Shown: positions 1 through 8,485 of the stretch, one piece after another
Numbering within the stretch: position 1 is the first letter of the stretch
How the letters are laid out: every line of letters begins with the position of its first letter
Assembly (NCBI GenBank): GCA_963676915.2
Contig: CAXXVK010000017.1
Coordinates: forward strand, 1-50,179
Direction: 5' to 3'
Length of the DNA: 50,179 nucleotides
DNA from: Myxococcota bacterium
GTDB lineage: Bacteria; Myxococcota_A; SURF-8; G963663525
The notes under the pieces: generated by a model
The model's input: only the letters and a program-made list of their open reading frames with translations
Database searches by the model: none
Told to the model about the DNA's origin: nothing
Translations under genes and position numbers: made by a program

Positions 1-116
1 TAAAATATCGGAATTGGCCGCTCAAAGACGTGTTGTCCATTGCTATCGAACACCGGGTTGAAACCGTGGGTGCGGCTTTCGCCGGTGTGGCACTGTTTAC
101 AGACAACGAATTATAA
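1..116 (+). CDS. 3' end of a probable pyruvoyl-dependent arginine decarboxylase (partial, runs off the window)
   Basis: Not in the ORF track. The frame from position 3 reads KYRNWPLKDVLSIAIEHRVETVGAAFAGVALFTDNEL*, resembling the PdaD C-terminus, and lies directly upstream of speE-speB. Confidence 0.55.
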   Translation, partial: KYRNWPLKDVLSIAIEHRVETVGAAFAGVALFTDNEL

Positions 117-130
117 CCGGAGTAACGATC

Positions 131-988
131 ATGAAAGTGCCGGGTTGGTTTCACGAGGTGGTCGAAGGCGGGCACGGTCTGGCGATTCAAAAAGATGAAG
201 TGCTGCTGGATAAGCAAACGGAATTTCAGCACATCGAAATCTTCGAAAATCGTGGCTTCGGTCGTGTCATGGTTCTCGATGGCTGCATGATGTTGACCGA
301 GCGGGACGAATTCACCTATCACGAAATGCTGGTTCATCCCGGATTGTTAGCGCATCCCGAACCGCGTCGTGTGCTGGTGATCGGTGGAGGGGATGGAGGC
401 ACGTTGAGGGAAATCCTCAAACACCCGGAAGTGGAAGAAGCCGTTTTGTGTGAAATCGACGGGGAAGTCATCGAAGCGTCACGCAAATATCTACCGTTTA
501 CAGCGGTCGGATTGGATGATCCCCGTGCGACGATTCATGTCGGTGACGGTATCCAGTATCTTAAGGACAACCGGGAATCGTTCGATCTCGTGATCATCGA
601 TTCGACCGACCCGGTGGGGTTTGCCGAAGGACTGTTCAAAGCCGATTTCTACCGGGATGCCAAAGATGCTTTGCGAGAAGGCGGATTCATGATTCAGCAA
701 ACCGAGTCGCCGTTTTTCGATGCCAAAGTATTTCAGGGCATTTTTTCGGAACTTAGAAAAGTTTTTGGAAAAGTGTGGTGTTATGGCGCGGCGATTCCCA
801 TGTATCCGTCCGGCTACTGGACTTTCGGTATTGCCTCTGCTTCGGAGGACAACGACCCCTGGATCAATTTCGAATCCGAACGTGCCGAAGAATTGCCTGA
901 CCTGAAATACTATACCCAGAATCTTCAGTATTCTGCGTTCGATTTGCCTCTGTTCGCCAAAAAACTGATCGCAGGAAAGCGCAAATAA
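131..988 (+). CDS. speE: Polyamine aminopropyltransferase (spermidine synthase)
   Basis: Motifs GRVMVLDG, YHEMLVH, VLVIGGGDGG, IIDSTDP and PMYPSGYW. Confidence 0.95.
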   Translation: MKVPGWFHEVVEGGHGLAIQKDEVLLDKQTEFQHIEIFENRGFGRVMVLDGCMMLTERDEFTYHEMLVHPGLLAHPEPRRVLVIGGGDGGTLREILKHPEVEEAVLCEIDGEVIEASRKYLPFTAVGLDDPRATIHVGDGIQYLKDNRESFDLVIIDSTDPVGFAEGLFKADFYRDAKDALREGGFMIQQTESPFFDAKVFQGIFSELRKVFGKVWCYGAAIPMYPSGYWTFGIASASEDNDPWINFESERAEELPDLKYYTQNLQYSAFDLPLFAKKLIAGKRK

Positions 989-994
989 GGCTTC

Positions 995-1825
995 TTGATG
1001 ATTCGATACCTTTGTGCTGAAAACAAACTCCGATTCGGAGAATGGGCGATTCTCGGTGCACCGTTGGATGAAACGGGTAGTTACCGAAGAGGAGCGGGAA
1101 AGGGACCGGACGCCGTTCGTGCGGCGTCCGATTCATTAGAGGAATACTGCCCGGTGCTCGATAACGACCTTTCCGACTGTCATTTTGCTGATATCGGTAA
1201 TATTTCGTTGCCGAAAGGGGATCTCGAAGGATCGCAAAAAGCGATAGCCGAAGCCGTGGCAGAGGTGTTTTCAGATGGTGCGAAGCCTTTGATGCTTGGT
1301 GGAGAGCATAGCGTATCGATGGCGGCCATTCGTGAAACCGCTCATCGGTACGAAGATCTCTGCGTGGTGCAATTCGACGCGCATGCAGACTTACGCGATT
1401 CCTACGATGACACTCCTTTGTCTCATGCCTGTGTCATGCGCCGTGTGCTGGAAGACGTTCCTTCTTACAACATGTTCCAAGTTGGTATTCGCTCCGGTAC
1501 CCGTGAGGAATGGACCTGGATGCGAGAACATCGGACGATTTACCCCGCAACGCCGGAAGCGGTGAAAAGTATTGTGGAAACGATTTCGGGGCGTCCGGTG
1601 TACTTGACCATCGATCTCGACATTCTCGATCCTTCCATTGTACCGGGAACCGGCACTCCCGAACCGGGTGGAGTATCCTACGCGGTCTTTGAAAAACTCC
1701 TGTTGGAACTCCGTTCCTTGAATCTCGTGGCGGCCGATGTCGTCGAACTCGCGCCGGAACTCGACCCCAGCGGCGTTTCCGCTGTCGTAGCGGCTAAAAT
1801 CGTCCGAAGTTTGCTGCTTTTTTAA
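995..1825 (+). CDS. speB: Agmatinase / ureohydrolase
   Basis: Mn-binding ureohydrolase motifs GGEHS, DAHADLR, DLDILDP and GTGTPEPGG; follows speE. Confidence 0.93.
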   Translation: MMIRYLCAENKLRFGEWAILGAPLDETGSYRRGAGKGPDAVRAASDSLEEYCPVLDNDLSDCHFADIGNISLPKGDLEGSQKAIAEAVAEVFSDGAKPLMLGGEHSVSMAAIRETAHRYEDLCVVQFDAHADLRDSYDDTPLSHACVMRRVLEDVPSYNMFQVGIRSGTREEWTWMREHRTIYPATPEAVKSIVETISGRPVYLTIDLDILDPSIVPGTGTPEPGGVSYAVFEKLLLELRSLNLVAADVVELAPELDPSGVSAVVAAKIVRSLLLF

Positions 1826-1931
1826 CACGGATTATTGAAATTTCTCTCTAAACAACTTCGACTGAGCAAACCAACCGGGTGAATTTCCCTTTCTTTTCTT
1901 TTTCATGAAACCAAAAGACTGATGCAGGCTC

Positions 1932-1959
1932 TTGACAGTTAGTGGTTGCTAACTAAATT
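1932..1959 (+). promoter_or_regulatory. Sigma70-like promoter with an internal operator palindrome
   Basis: TTGACA (1932-1937), 16 bp, TAAATT (1954-1959). The inverted repeat AGTTAG-N6-CTAACT (1937-1954) fills the spacer. Confidence 0.5.
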
Positions 1960-2010
1960 TAGAGTTGTATCAATAAGGTCGAAATCGGCCAGAATGGAAA
2001 GGAAAAAACG

Positions 2011-2241
2011 ATGGAAAAAGGCATCTTTCAGAAAAATATGGGAATTCTCGATCGCTCCTTGCGGCTGGTTGTAGGCGTCGGTATCGTAAGTGCCGGAATT
2101 TATTATCAAAGCTGGCTCGGGTTGATCGGTATCCTTCCTCTTACTGTCGGCGTTAGTGGCTCTTGCCCTGCGTACGTGCCCTTCAAATTCAATACCTTCT
2201 GCTCGCGTGGCAAAAAAGCAATCGAAGGCTCGGAAGGCTAA
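2011..2241 (+). CDS. DUF2892 (YgaP-like) small membrane protein
   Basis: NMGILDRSLR, two hydrophobic segments, then CPAYVPFKFNT: the typical NxG..DR / CP.Y pattern. Confidence 0.8.
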   Translation: MEKGIFQKNMGILDRSLRLVVGVGIVSAGIYYQSWLGLIGILPLTVGVSGSCPAYVPFKFNTFCSRGKKAIEGSEG

Positions 2242-2276
2242 ATCGTTTCCGAACGATTCGTTGAGGAGGTGAAGGC

Positions 2277-3926
2277 ATGGCGTTCGTGCCGGGTGGAAGA
2301 ATCGTTGCACAGGCGTTGAAGGCGGAGGGCGTCAGCCACCTGTTCACCCTGTGTGGCGGTCACATTCAAATGATTTACGACGGATGCTTGGACGAAGGCA
2401 TTCGCGTGGTTGACACGCGGCACGAGCAGTCCGCCGCACACGCCGCCGATGGTTGGGCGCGAGTTACAGGGCGTCCCGGTGTCGTTGCCGTAACCGCCGG
2501 GCCGGGTATCACCGATGCGGTGACAGCCATTGCAAACGCCTACCGGGCGCAAGTGCCGATGGTGGTCTTAGGTGGACAGGCAGCCCAACACTGGGGATAT
2601 TTCGGTGGGAAAGAGCGCGGTGGACTCCAGGAAATGAATGCCCTGGAGTTGCTTCGTCCCGTGACCAAGTGGGCTGCATCCGTTCACGAGTCCCGCCGGT
2701 TGGGTGAATACGTCCAAAGCGCGTTTCGTATCGCAACCAGTGGTGTACCGGGTCCGGTTTTCGTGGAAATGCCGCTGGATATTCTGATGGGCGGGGCGGA
2801 TGACTCGGAAGTGATCCGTTACGAAGGCTATCGCTCCGAGGCACAAACCTTGGGTGATCCTGAATACATAGAGCATGCCGCCGAACTGATACGACAAGCC
2901 GAACGGCCGATGTTGATCGTTGGTAGCCAGTGGCGCTGGAGCCGACGTTCCGAAGCGTTGGCAGCGTTTCTCAACGTTGCACCGATGCCAACCTACCTAA
3001 ACGGCATGGCTCGTGGTGCGTTGCCGCCGGTGCATCCTACGTTGTTCAAGCAGGGTCGTTCTTCTGTATTGAAGAAAAGCGATCTGGTTATCGTTTTCGG
3101 TACGCCGCTGGATTTCCGTTTGGGATACGGCGAGAAAATTCCGGAAGCTGCAAAGTTGATTCAAGTCGATCTGGATGGCTCTGAATTGGGACGAAATCGC
3201 CGTGTGGATGTGGGAATCGTCGGAGATACGGGGCAAGTGTTATCTCAATTGTCTCAGTCTTTAGGCTCGTCCTCGCTTTCGTGGTCTGGGTGGTTGGGTG
3301 AGGTTGGCGAAATCGACGAAGCGGCCTCCAAAGCTATTATGGAAGAGTCGAAGAGTGATGCGGAACCTATCAATCCGTTGCGACTTTGTGCGGAAATGAA
3401 CCATTTTGTAGATGAGAAAACCATTGTTATCGGTGATGGTGGGGATTTCGTCGCAACGACCGCCTATATGCTGGATGTGGAAGGGCAGGGCAATTGGATG
3501 GACCCCGGTCCTTTGGGGACGCTTGGTGTTGGTCCGGGATACGCGATGGCGGCAAAGCTTGCTCGACCGGACCACAAGGTATTGTTGGTGCTGGGAGATG
3601 GGTCGTTCGGCCTCAACGCGATGGAATTCGAGGCGATGGCCCGGCAGGGAATCAATGTGGTTGGCGTGGTCGGGAACGATGCTCGTTGGATGCAGATTTT
3701 CCGTGGTCAGGTCGCTATGTATGGCGAGGAACGCACCGTAGCTACCAAGTTGAATCATACCCGGTACGACAAGGTCGTGGAAGCGCTCGGAGGGCACGGA
3801 GAATACGTCGAGAAACCCGCTGATATTCGTCCGGCTCTGGAACGCGCGTTTGCGGCCGGTAAACCTGCGTTGGTCAATGTGAAAATCGGGGAGAGCGCTT
3901 TTAGAAAAAACGCATTGGCTGTGTAA
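2277..3926 (+). CDS. Thiamine-diphosphate enzyme, acetolactate synthase-like (IlvG / 2-hydroxyacyl-CoA lyase-like)
   Basis: [28 protein letters not shown], and the ThDP motif GDGSFG...GND. No small regulatory subunit nearby. Confidence 0.85.
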   Translation: MAFVPGGRIVAQALKAEGVSHLFTLCGGHIQMIYDGCLDEGIRVVDTRHEQSAAHAADGWARVTGRPGVVAVTAGPGITDAVTAIANAYRAQVPMVVLGGQAAQHWGYFGGKERGGLQEMNALELLRPVTKWAASVHESRRLGEYVQSAFRIATSGVPGPVFVEMPLDILMGGADDSEVIRYEGYRSEAQTLGDPEYIEHAAELIRQAERPMLIVGSQWRWSRRSEALAAFLNVAPMPTYLNGMARGALPPVHPTLFKQGRSSVLKKSDLVIVFGTPLDFRLGYGEKIPEAAKLIQVDLDGSELGRNRRVDVGIVGDTGQVLSQLSQSLGSSSLSWSGWLGEVGEIDEAASKAIMEESKSDAEPINPLRLCAEMNHFVDEKTIVIGDGGDFVATTAYMLDVEGQGNWMDPGPLGTLGVGPGYAMAAKLARPDHKVLLVLGDGSFGLNAMEFEAMARQGINVVGVVGNDARWMQIFRGQVAMYGEERTVATKLNHTRYDKVVEALGGHGEYVEKPADIRPALERAFAAGKPALVNVKIGESAFRKNALAV

Positions 3927-3928
3927 AG

Positions 3929-4909
3929 TTACACGTTTTCAGTGTCTTCAAGATGCACGCCGCGTTCGGCGATATGAAAAGCGAAGGGTCGATAGCCTAG
4001 CAGACGGGCTTTGCGCTCGAAGGCGTCTTTCGCGGCATCGCTTTTGAACGCGGCGATGGAGAAATCGCCGCCACCGGCTCCTGAAGGTTTGGCACCGCCA
4101 TCGAAACGACACGCCAGACGACTAAGGGCGTCGTGCGCTTCCGAGACGATCGGAGTATTTGATAAGGTTCCCAGGCCACGCATGGTCAGGTCATAGTCTC
4201 GAAGTGTTTCGATCAATCCCTCTGCATTGGGGCGTGTTTCCAGGAATACCGTAAGAAGGCTTTGCATGTCTGCGAGGATCGTTTTGTATTCCTTCGGTTT
4301 TTCCAGGGCCGTTTGAGCGATTTTCTCTAAAAACCAACCCGTCGAGGCCGAACGTCCCGTCCAGACAAAAGAAAACGCCGCATCTTCCGGCAAGTGGAAC
4401 GTTTCGAAGCTGGGGCGTTGGTTCTCGATTTTCGGCTGCATATGCGTGCAGCCGCCAAAGGTAGAGGCGGCGAGATCCGCACCGCTACCCGAGCCTTGGA
4501 ACGCCAGATGCGCATCGTAGGCGACATCCCATATTTCGTGACGGATTTCTTCGCTTTCGATATCTTTGCCGTGCGCGGCGAACACGGCGGCGACGGTTGC
4601 AACGGTCACGGCAGCACTGCTGCCCAAGCCGAGTTTTTCACCGTCGTGATACAATTTTTCACTATCGGCTTTCCATTCACCGCAGGGCATGACGTTTTCG
4701 AAATGAGCCGTTGCATACCGGCAAGCACTGGCGATCAGCGGTTCAGAGGATGTGCCTTCGCTTTTCTCTGAACGGACCCGCACCCAGCGGTCAATAGCGA
4801 GAATCAATGCGGGCGCACCTTCCAACACGGCGTATTCACCGAGCAGCAGAAGTTTTCCCGGAGCCAGAATTTCAGCTCGACTTGTTTTCCTGTCTGTCGT
4901 CAATTTCAT
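3929..4909 (-). CDS. Phosphomevalonate kinase (GHMP family)
   Basis: APGKLLLLGEYAVL, KLGLGSSAA, GSGADLAAS, KPSGAGGGD; last gene of the mevalonate operon. Confidence 0.85.
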   Translation of the reverse strand: MKLTTDRKTSRAEILAPGKLLLLGEYAVLEGAPALILAIDRWVRVRSEKSEGTSSEPLIASACRYATAHFENVMPCGEWKADSEKLYHDGEKLGLGSSAAVTVATVAAVFAAHGKDIESEEIRHEIWDVAYDAHLAFQGSGSGADLAASTFGGCTHMQPKIENQRPSFETFHLPEDAAFSFVWTGRSASTGWFLEKIAQTALEKPKEYKTILADMQSLLTVFLETRPNAEGLIETLRDYDLTMRGLGTLSNTPIVSEAHDALSRLACRFDGGAKPSGAGGGDFSIAAFKSDAAKDAFERKARLLGYRPFAFHIAERGVHLEDTENV

Positions 4910-5879
4910 AGGTCAGCCCCCTCCCAGGACGTTCGACAAACACTGCGGATACACCCTCTACCGTTTCGAGATTTTTTCTGAATCGTTCGGCTTTTTCTGC
5001 TTCACACAGAACTTTGACGTGGGGTCCGGCGTCCATCGTTACGTATCCGGCCATTCCATCGGCTCGATACTGCCAGACCGTTTCCAATACGGACAATGTG
5101 GCGGGTTTCCAATATAGAATCGCCGGTTCGGCGGCCAATGCGACGGCATGCATTTTAAAGCAGGATCGTTCGGTGATTTCTCCCAACCGCTGAAAATTCC
5201 GTGCTTCGATGGCTTCGACCGCCTCTTTGCGGTCTGCATCGTGGGTTTCGATCCATGCACCGTAATAGGCTGAACTACGCCGGGTGCGTTCCATCGCTTC
5301 GGTGGAGCCGAGTTTTTTGGGGGAACGATCCGTGCAGGCTACCACGAGCCGAAGATCCCAGGCGTCTGGTTCCAAAATCTGTCGCACGGCGAAATCCTGA
5401 CCTTGGGCGTCGTTTCCTGCAATAAGTTCGACCCATCCACCCAACACGCTACGTGCGGCCGATCCCGAGCCTTGCCGCGCCAAAGCTGCTAGTTCTTCGG
5501 AAGAAAGCGACAGTCCTGCCGCACGACTTGCCGCGCCGGCCAGCGCAGCGAAACCCGAAGCGGATGACGCCAGACCCGATGCGGTCGGAAAATTGTTTTC
5601 CGTTTCAACCTTGAATCGGGTGTTTTGTTGCGCTTTTTGTCGAACTAGATCGAGAAAAGACGAAAGTCGTGAAAACTCTTTAGCCGTTGCAGGGCGATGG
5701 TCGAGGCTGATGTCATCGTGGTCAGCCGAAGGCAGGCAGGTAACGCATGTTCGAGTTCGAAAACTGGAAAGCGTCATCGAAACGCTGCCTGTCGCCGGTA
5801 AATTCAAGTTCGAGTCTCGTTTTCCCCAGTATTTCACGAGCGCGATGTTGCTGGCGGCGATGGCCGTGGCCGTCGTCAT
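4872..5879 (-). CDS. mvaD: Diphosphomevalonate decarboxylase
   Basis: NIALVKYWGK, NNFPTASGLASSASG, GSGSAARS, TMDAGPHVK. Confidence 0.95.
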   Translation of the reverse strand: MTTATAIAASNIALVKYWGKRDSNLNLPATGSVSMTLSSFRTRTCVTCLPSADHDDISLDHRPATAKEFSRLSSFLDLVRQKAQQNTRFKVETENNFPTASGLASSASGFAALAGAASRAAGLSLSSEELAALARQGSGSAARSVLGGWVELIAGNDAQGQDFAVRQILEPDAWDLRLVVACTDRSPKKLGSTEAMERTRRSSAYYGAWIETHDADRKEAVEAIEARNFQRLGEITERSCFKMHAVALAAEPAILYWKPATLSVLETVWQYRADGMAGYVTMDAGPHVKVLCEAEKAERFRKNLETVEGVSAVFVERPGRGLTYEIDDRQENKSS

Positions 5880-6904
5880 AGAATCGATCCTTTCCCGGAA
5901 TCCTGCCCGGCTTCATATACCGTAAAACCGTTTTGCTTCCAGACGTTTGCAATATCTGTCAACGCCTCTTTCGTATCTGCCAAAGCAAGAACGCAGCCTC
6001 CACCGCCAGCTCCAGTCAATTTTGCCCCGTAGGCACCGTGTTTTAGAGCCAAGTCAACCATGCGTTCGATTTCATGGCAGGAGACCTCCAGGTGACGTAA
6101 AGCGTCCTGGTTGAGGTTCATCAATTCTCCCAGCTTCGGCCAATCGGCTTGCTCTAGAGAGTGGATGCCTTCTCGTGTGAGGTTTCCTATCGTTTCGAAC
6201 AGGGCTTCGGAACGTTTTTTGTCACGTCTCCAGCGTTCCCGTACACCTTCGACCATGATCTTTGTTTGACGGGGAACATTTGTATCACCGATGAGCAAAG
6301 GTGGACCCTGAGTATCCAGACGGAGCAGTTTTTCCGACAATACATCAAAGCGGTCGGAAGAGGTTTGCAGCGATTGCAAAATATCCGGTTGGTGACAGAA
6401 AACCCCCATACCGCCATAGCTGGCAAGGCTGTCATCCAGACCCGAAGGGGAACCGTGAAAGATTTTCTCCAAAGTATGGGCGTAGAGGCGAATCGTTTCA
6501 CAGTCGAGTTCGAGCCCGCGAAGCGTGCCGATGGCGCGAACGAGCGTCACCGAAATCGCCGCCGAGCCGCCAAGACCTGCACCCAACGGCAGATTTCCGC
6601 CGATTTCCAACGTCAAGCCTTCACCGGGAAGGAGTTGATCGATGGTTTTCAGCACATCGCCGAACGGAGCAGGGGAATCGAGGGACGCCGTGAGACCCAT
6701 TGAAGGGATTGAAAAAGCTAGATCGTTTGTGGTGTTCCATTGGTAGGTTTTGACGCAAAATTCCAGATCGAGCGCCATGGCCAACGCCGGTTGACCGTAA
6801 ACCACCGCGTGTTCCCCGAAAAGGATCGCCTTGCCGGGAGCGCACCACGACGGTTCACCCGGCAGGGGAGATGTCATGGTGGATTGTGAGGTGGCAAAAG
6901 CCAT
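5876..6904 (-). CDS. mvk: Mevalonate kinase
   Basis: APGKAILFGEHAVVYG, GAGLGGSAA, HGSPSGLD, GAKLTGAGGGG. Start moved to ATG 6904 (6877 also possible) to avoid overlapping fni. Confidence 0.92.
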   Translation of the reverse strand: MAFATSQSTMTSPLPGEPSWCAPGKAILFGEHAVVYGQPALAMALDLEFCVKTYQWNTTNDLAFSIPSMGLTASLDSPAPFGDVLKTIDQLLPGEGLTLEIGGNLPLGAGLGGSAAISVTLVRAIGTLRGLELDCETIRLYAHTLEKIFHGSPSGLDDSLASYGGMGVFCHQPDILQSLQTSSDRFDVLSEKLLRLDTQGPPLLIGDTNVPRQTKIMVEGVRERWRRDKKRSEALFETIGNLTREGIHSLEQADWPKLGELMNLNQDALRHLEVSCHEIERMVDLALKHGAYGAKLTGAGGGGCVLALADTKEALTDIANVWKQNGFTVYEAGQDSGKGSIL

Positions 6905-6912
6905 GGCAGGGA

Positions 6913-7998
6913 CTACTCCATTCCAAGATAGCTTAGAGATTTCGGGCGGATACCGCGCTGTTCCAACCATTTTTTCAGATCGGAATGTACGATTTTAGGG
7001 GCGCGGCGTAGCTCGTCGAGGTTTTTACATGCACAAAGGCAAAGGGTTGTTTTTAGGCCACTCAAGAGGTTTTCTATTGTATTGTATAGTTCTTTTTCAC
7101 CACCTTCGAACCAGGCGCGTAATGCCGGAGCGGCGATGCCGCAGGTCGTCGCACCCAGCGCCAGGGCACGTGCCATGTCCAAACCGGTACGGATACCGCC
7201 GGAGGCCATGACTTCCACTCCGTTGACGCTCGATGCTTCGACGATAGCCGCCGCCGTAGGCAATCCCCAGTCCCAGAAACAATTGAAAGCAGGATCGTTT
7301 TCGAGTCCTCTACGAAGAAGTTCGACGCCGACCCAGGAAGTGCCTCCGACGCCGGAGACATCGATGTACCGTACACCGGTTTCTTGGAGTTTGACGGCTG
7401 TTTTCAAACCGATTCCTGCGCCGGTTTCCTTTGCGATAATCGGGATTTCCAGATTCGTAACCGCCTCGGCCAGAGCGTGGCAGATCCCGGAAAAGTCGCG
7501 GTCGCCTTCGAATTGCGCCAACTCCTGTGCCGGATTGAGGTGTACGCATAGCGCATCGGCTTCGATAGCTTCCAGCGCGGCGGCGATATCGTCGAGGGAT
7601 CGGTTTGCCAATTGCACGCCACCGATGTTTCCCATTAAAAAAACGTTCGGTGCGTCCTGTTTGACCCGGTAGCTGTCGATCAGCTCGGGATGGTCTATCA
7701 TTGCCCGCTGACTGCCGACGCCGAATCCCATACCGAAATCTTGCGCACAACGGGCCAGCGCTCGGTTGATTTCCCCAGCTTCCTCCGTTCCGCCGGTCAT
7801 GCCGGTGATGGTCAACGGGACGGGAAATTTTCGTCCCGCGAACGTTGTTGAAAGGTCGATGTCGTTGAGCGAAAGTTCGGGTAGGCTGTCGTGAACGAAC
7901 TCTACACATTCCAACCACGTCGTTCGAGAGCGAGAAGGAACTTCTCCGTTTCGAAAATGTTTGAGGTGGTCGCGTTTTCGTTTTTCGATCTGGCTCAT
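6913..7998 (-). CDS. fni: Type 2 (FMN-dependent) isopentenyl-diphosphate isomerase
   Basis: RKRDHL, GMTGG, GVGSQR, HLNPAQE, KETGAG, GGTSW, ASGGIRTG. Start taken at MSQIEK. Confidence 0.95.
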   Translation of the reverse strand: MSQIEKRKRDHLKHFRNGEVPSRSRTTWLECVEFVHDSLPELSLNDIDLSTTFAGRKFPVPLTITGMTGGTEEAGEINRALARCAQDFGMGFGVGSQRAMIDHPELIDSYRVKQDAPNVFLMGNIGGVQLANRSLDDIAAALEAIEADALCVHLNPAQELAQFEGDRDFSGICHALAEAVTNLEIPIIAKETGAGIGLKTAVKLQETGVRYIDVSGVGGTSWVGVELLRRGLENDPAFNCFWDWGLPTAAAIVEASSVNGVEVMASGGIRTGLDMARALALGATTCGIAAPALRAWFEGGEKELYNTIENLLSGLKTTLCLCACKNLDELRRAPKIVHSDLKKWLEQRGIRPKSLSYLGME

Positions 7999-8485
7999 GT
8001 AAGGCTTTCTACATCTGTTTTCACAAGTTTCGTGCACTATTCTTCTATTGTATCAACAATTCCGTCAATCCGCTTCCGAAAAATATTCATCTGCTATTAA
8101 AGATGCGGAATTGGTTTACGTTCCTTTGTTTCGAAGGTTGCGTAAACGATATAAGGCAAGCCTCAGAGGACCAATGCTTACCCAGCATATTTCACGAAAA
8201 ATTACCTGCGAATCGAAAACTCTCGATCTCTCACTCGTTTTCCGAACTTCATCCTCGGCAAGCTGTAAAGGTTGCTTGTGGGTAAATATCGCTTCAGCCA
8301 CGTGAAAGTTTCTCGGGTTTCTACGTCTTGTTACGATCCTCAAGAATATTACGAAATAAAGAACATCAAATCTGTAAAAAACCGGGAAAAATCCGCATTC
8401 TTGCTCGGATTGGAAAGCCGTGGTACACCCGTTTTCTTCCGGTTTTGCACCGGGACGATGGATGGAGCGAAAGTCGAGGCGTATC

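Noticed and set aside
8048-8485. Small ORFs between fni and mfd
   Set aside because: This is a divergent promoter region, and the overlapping ORFs have no protein-like features.
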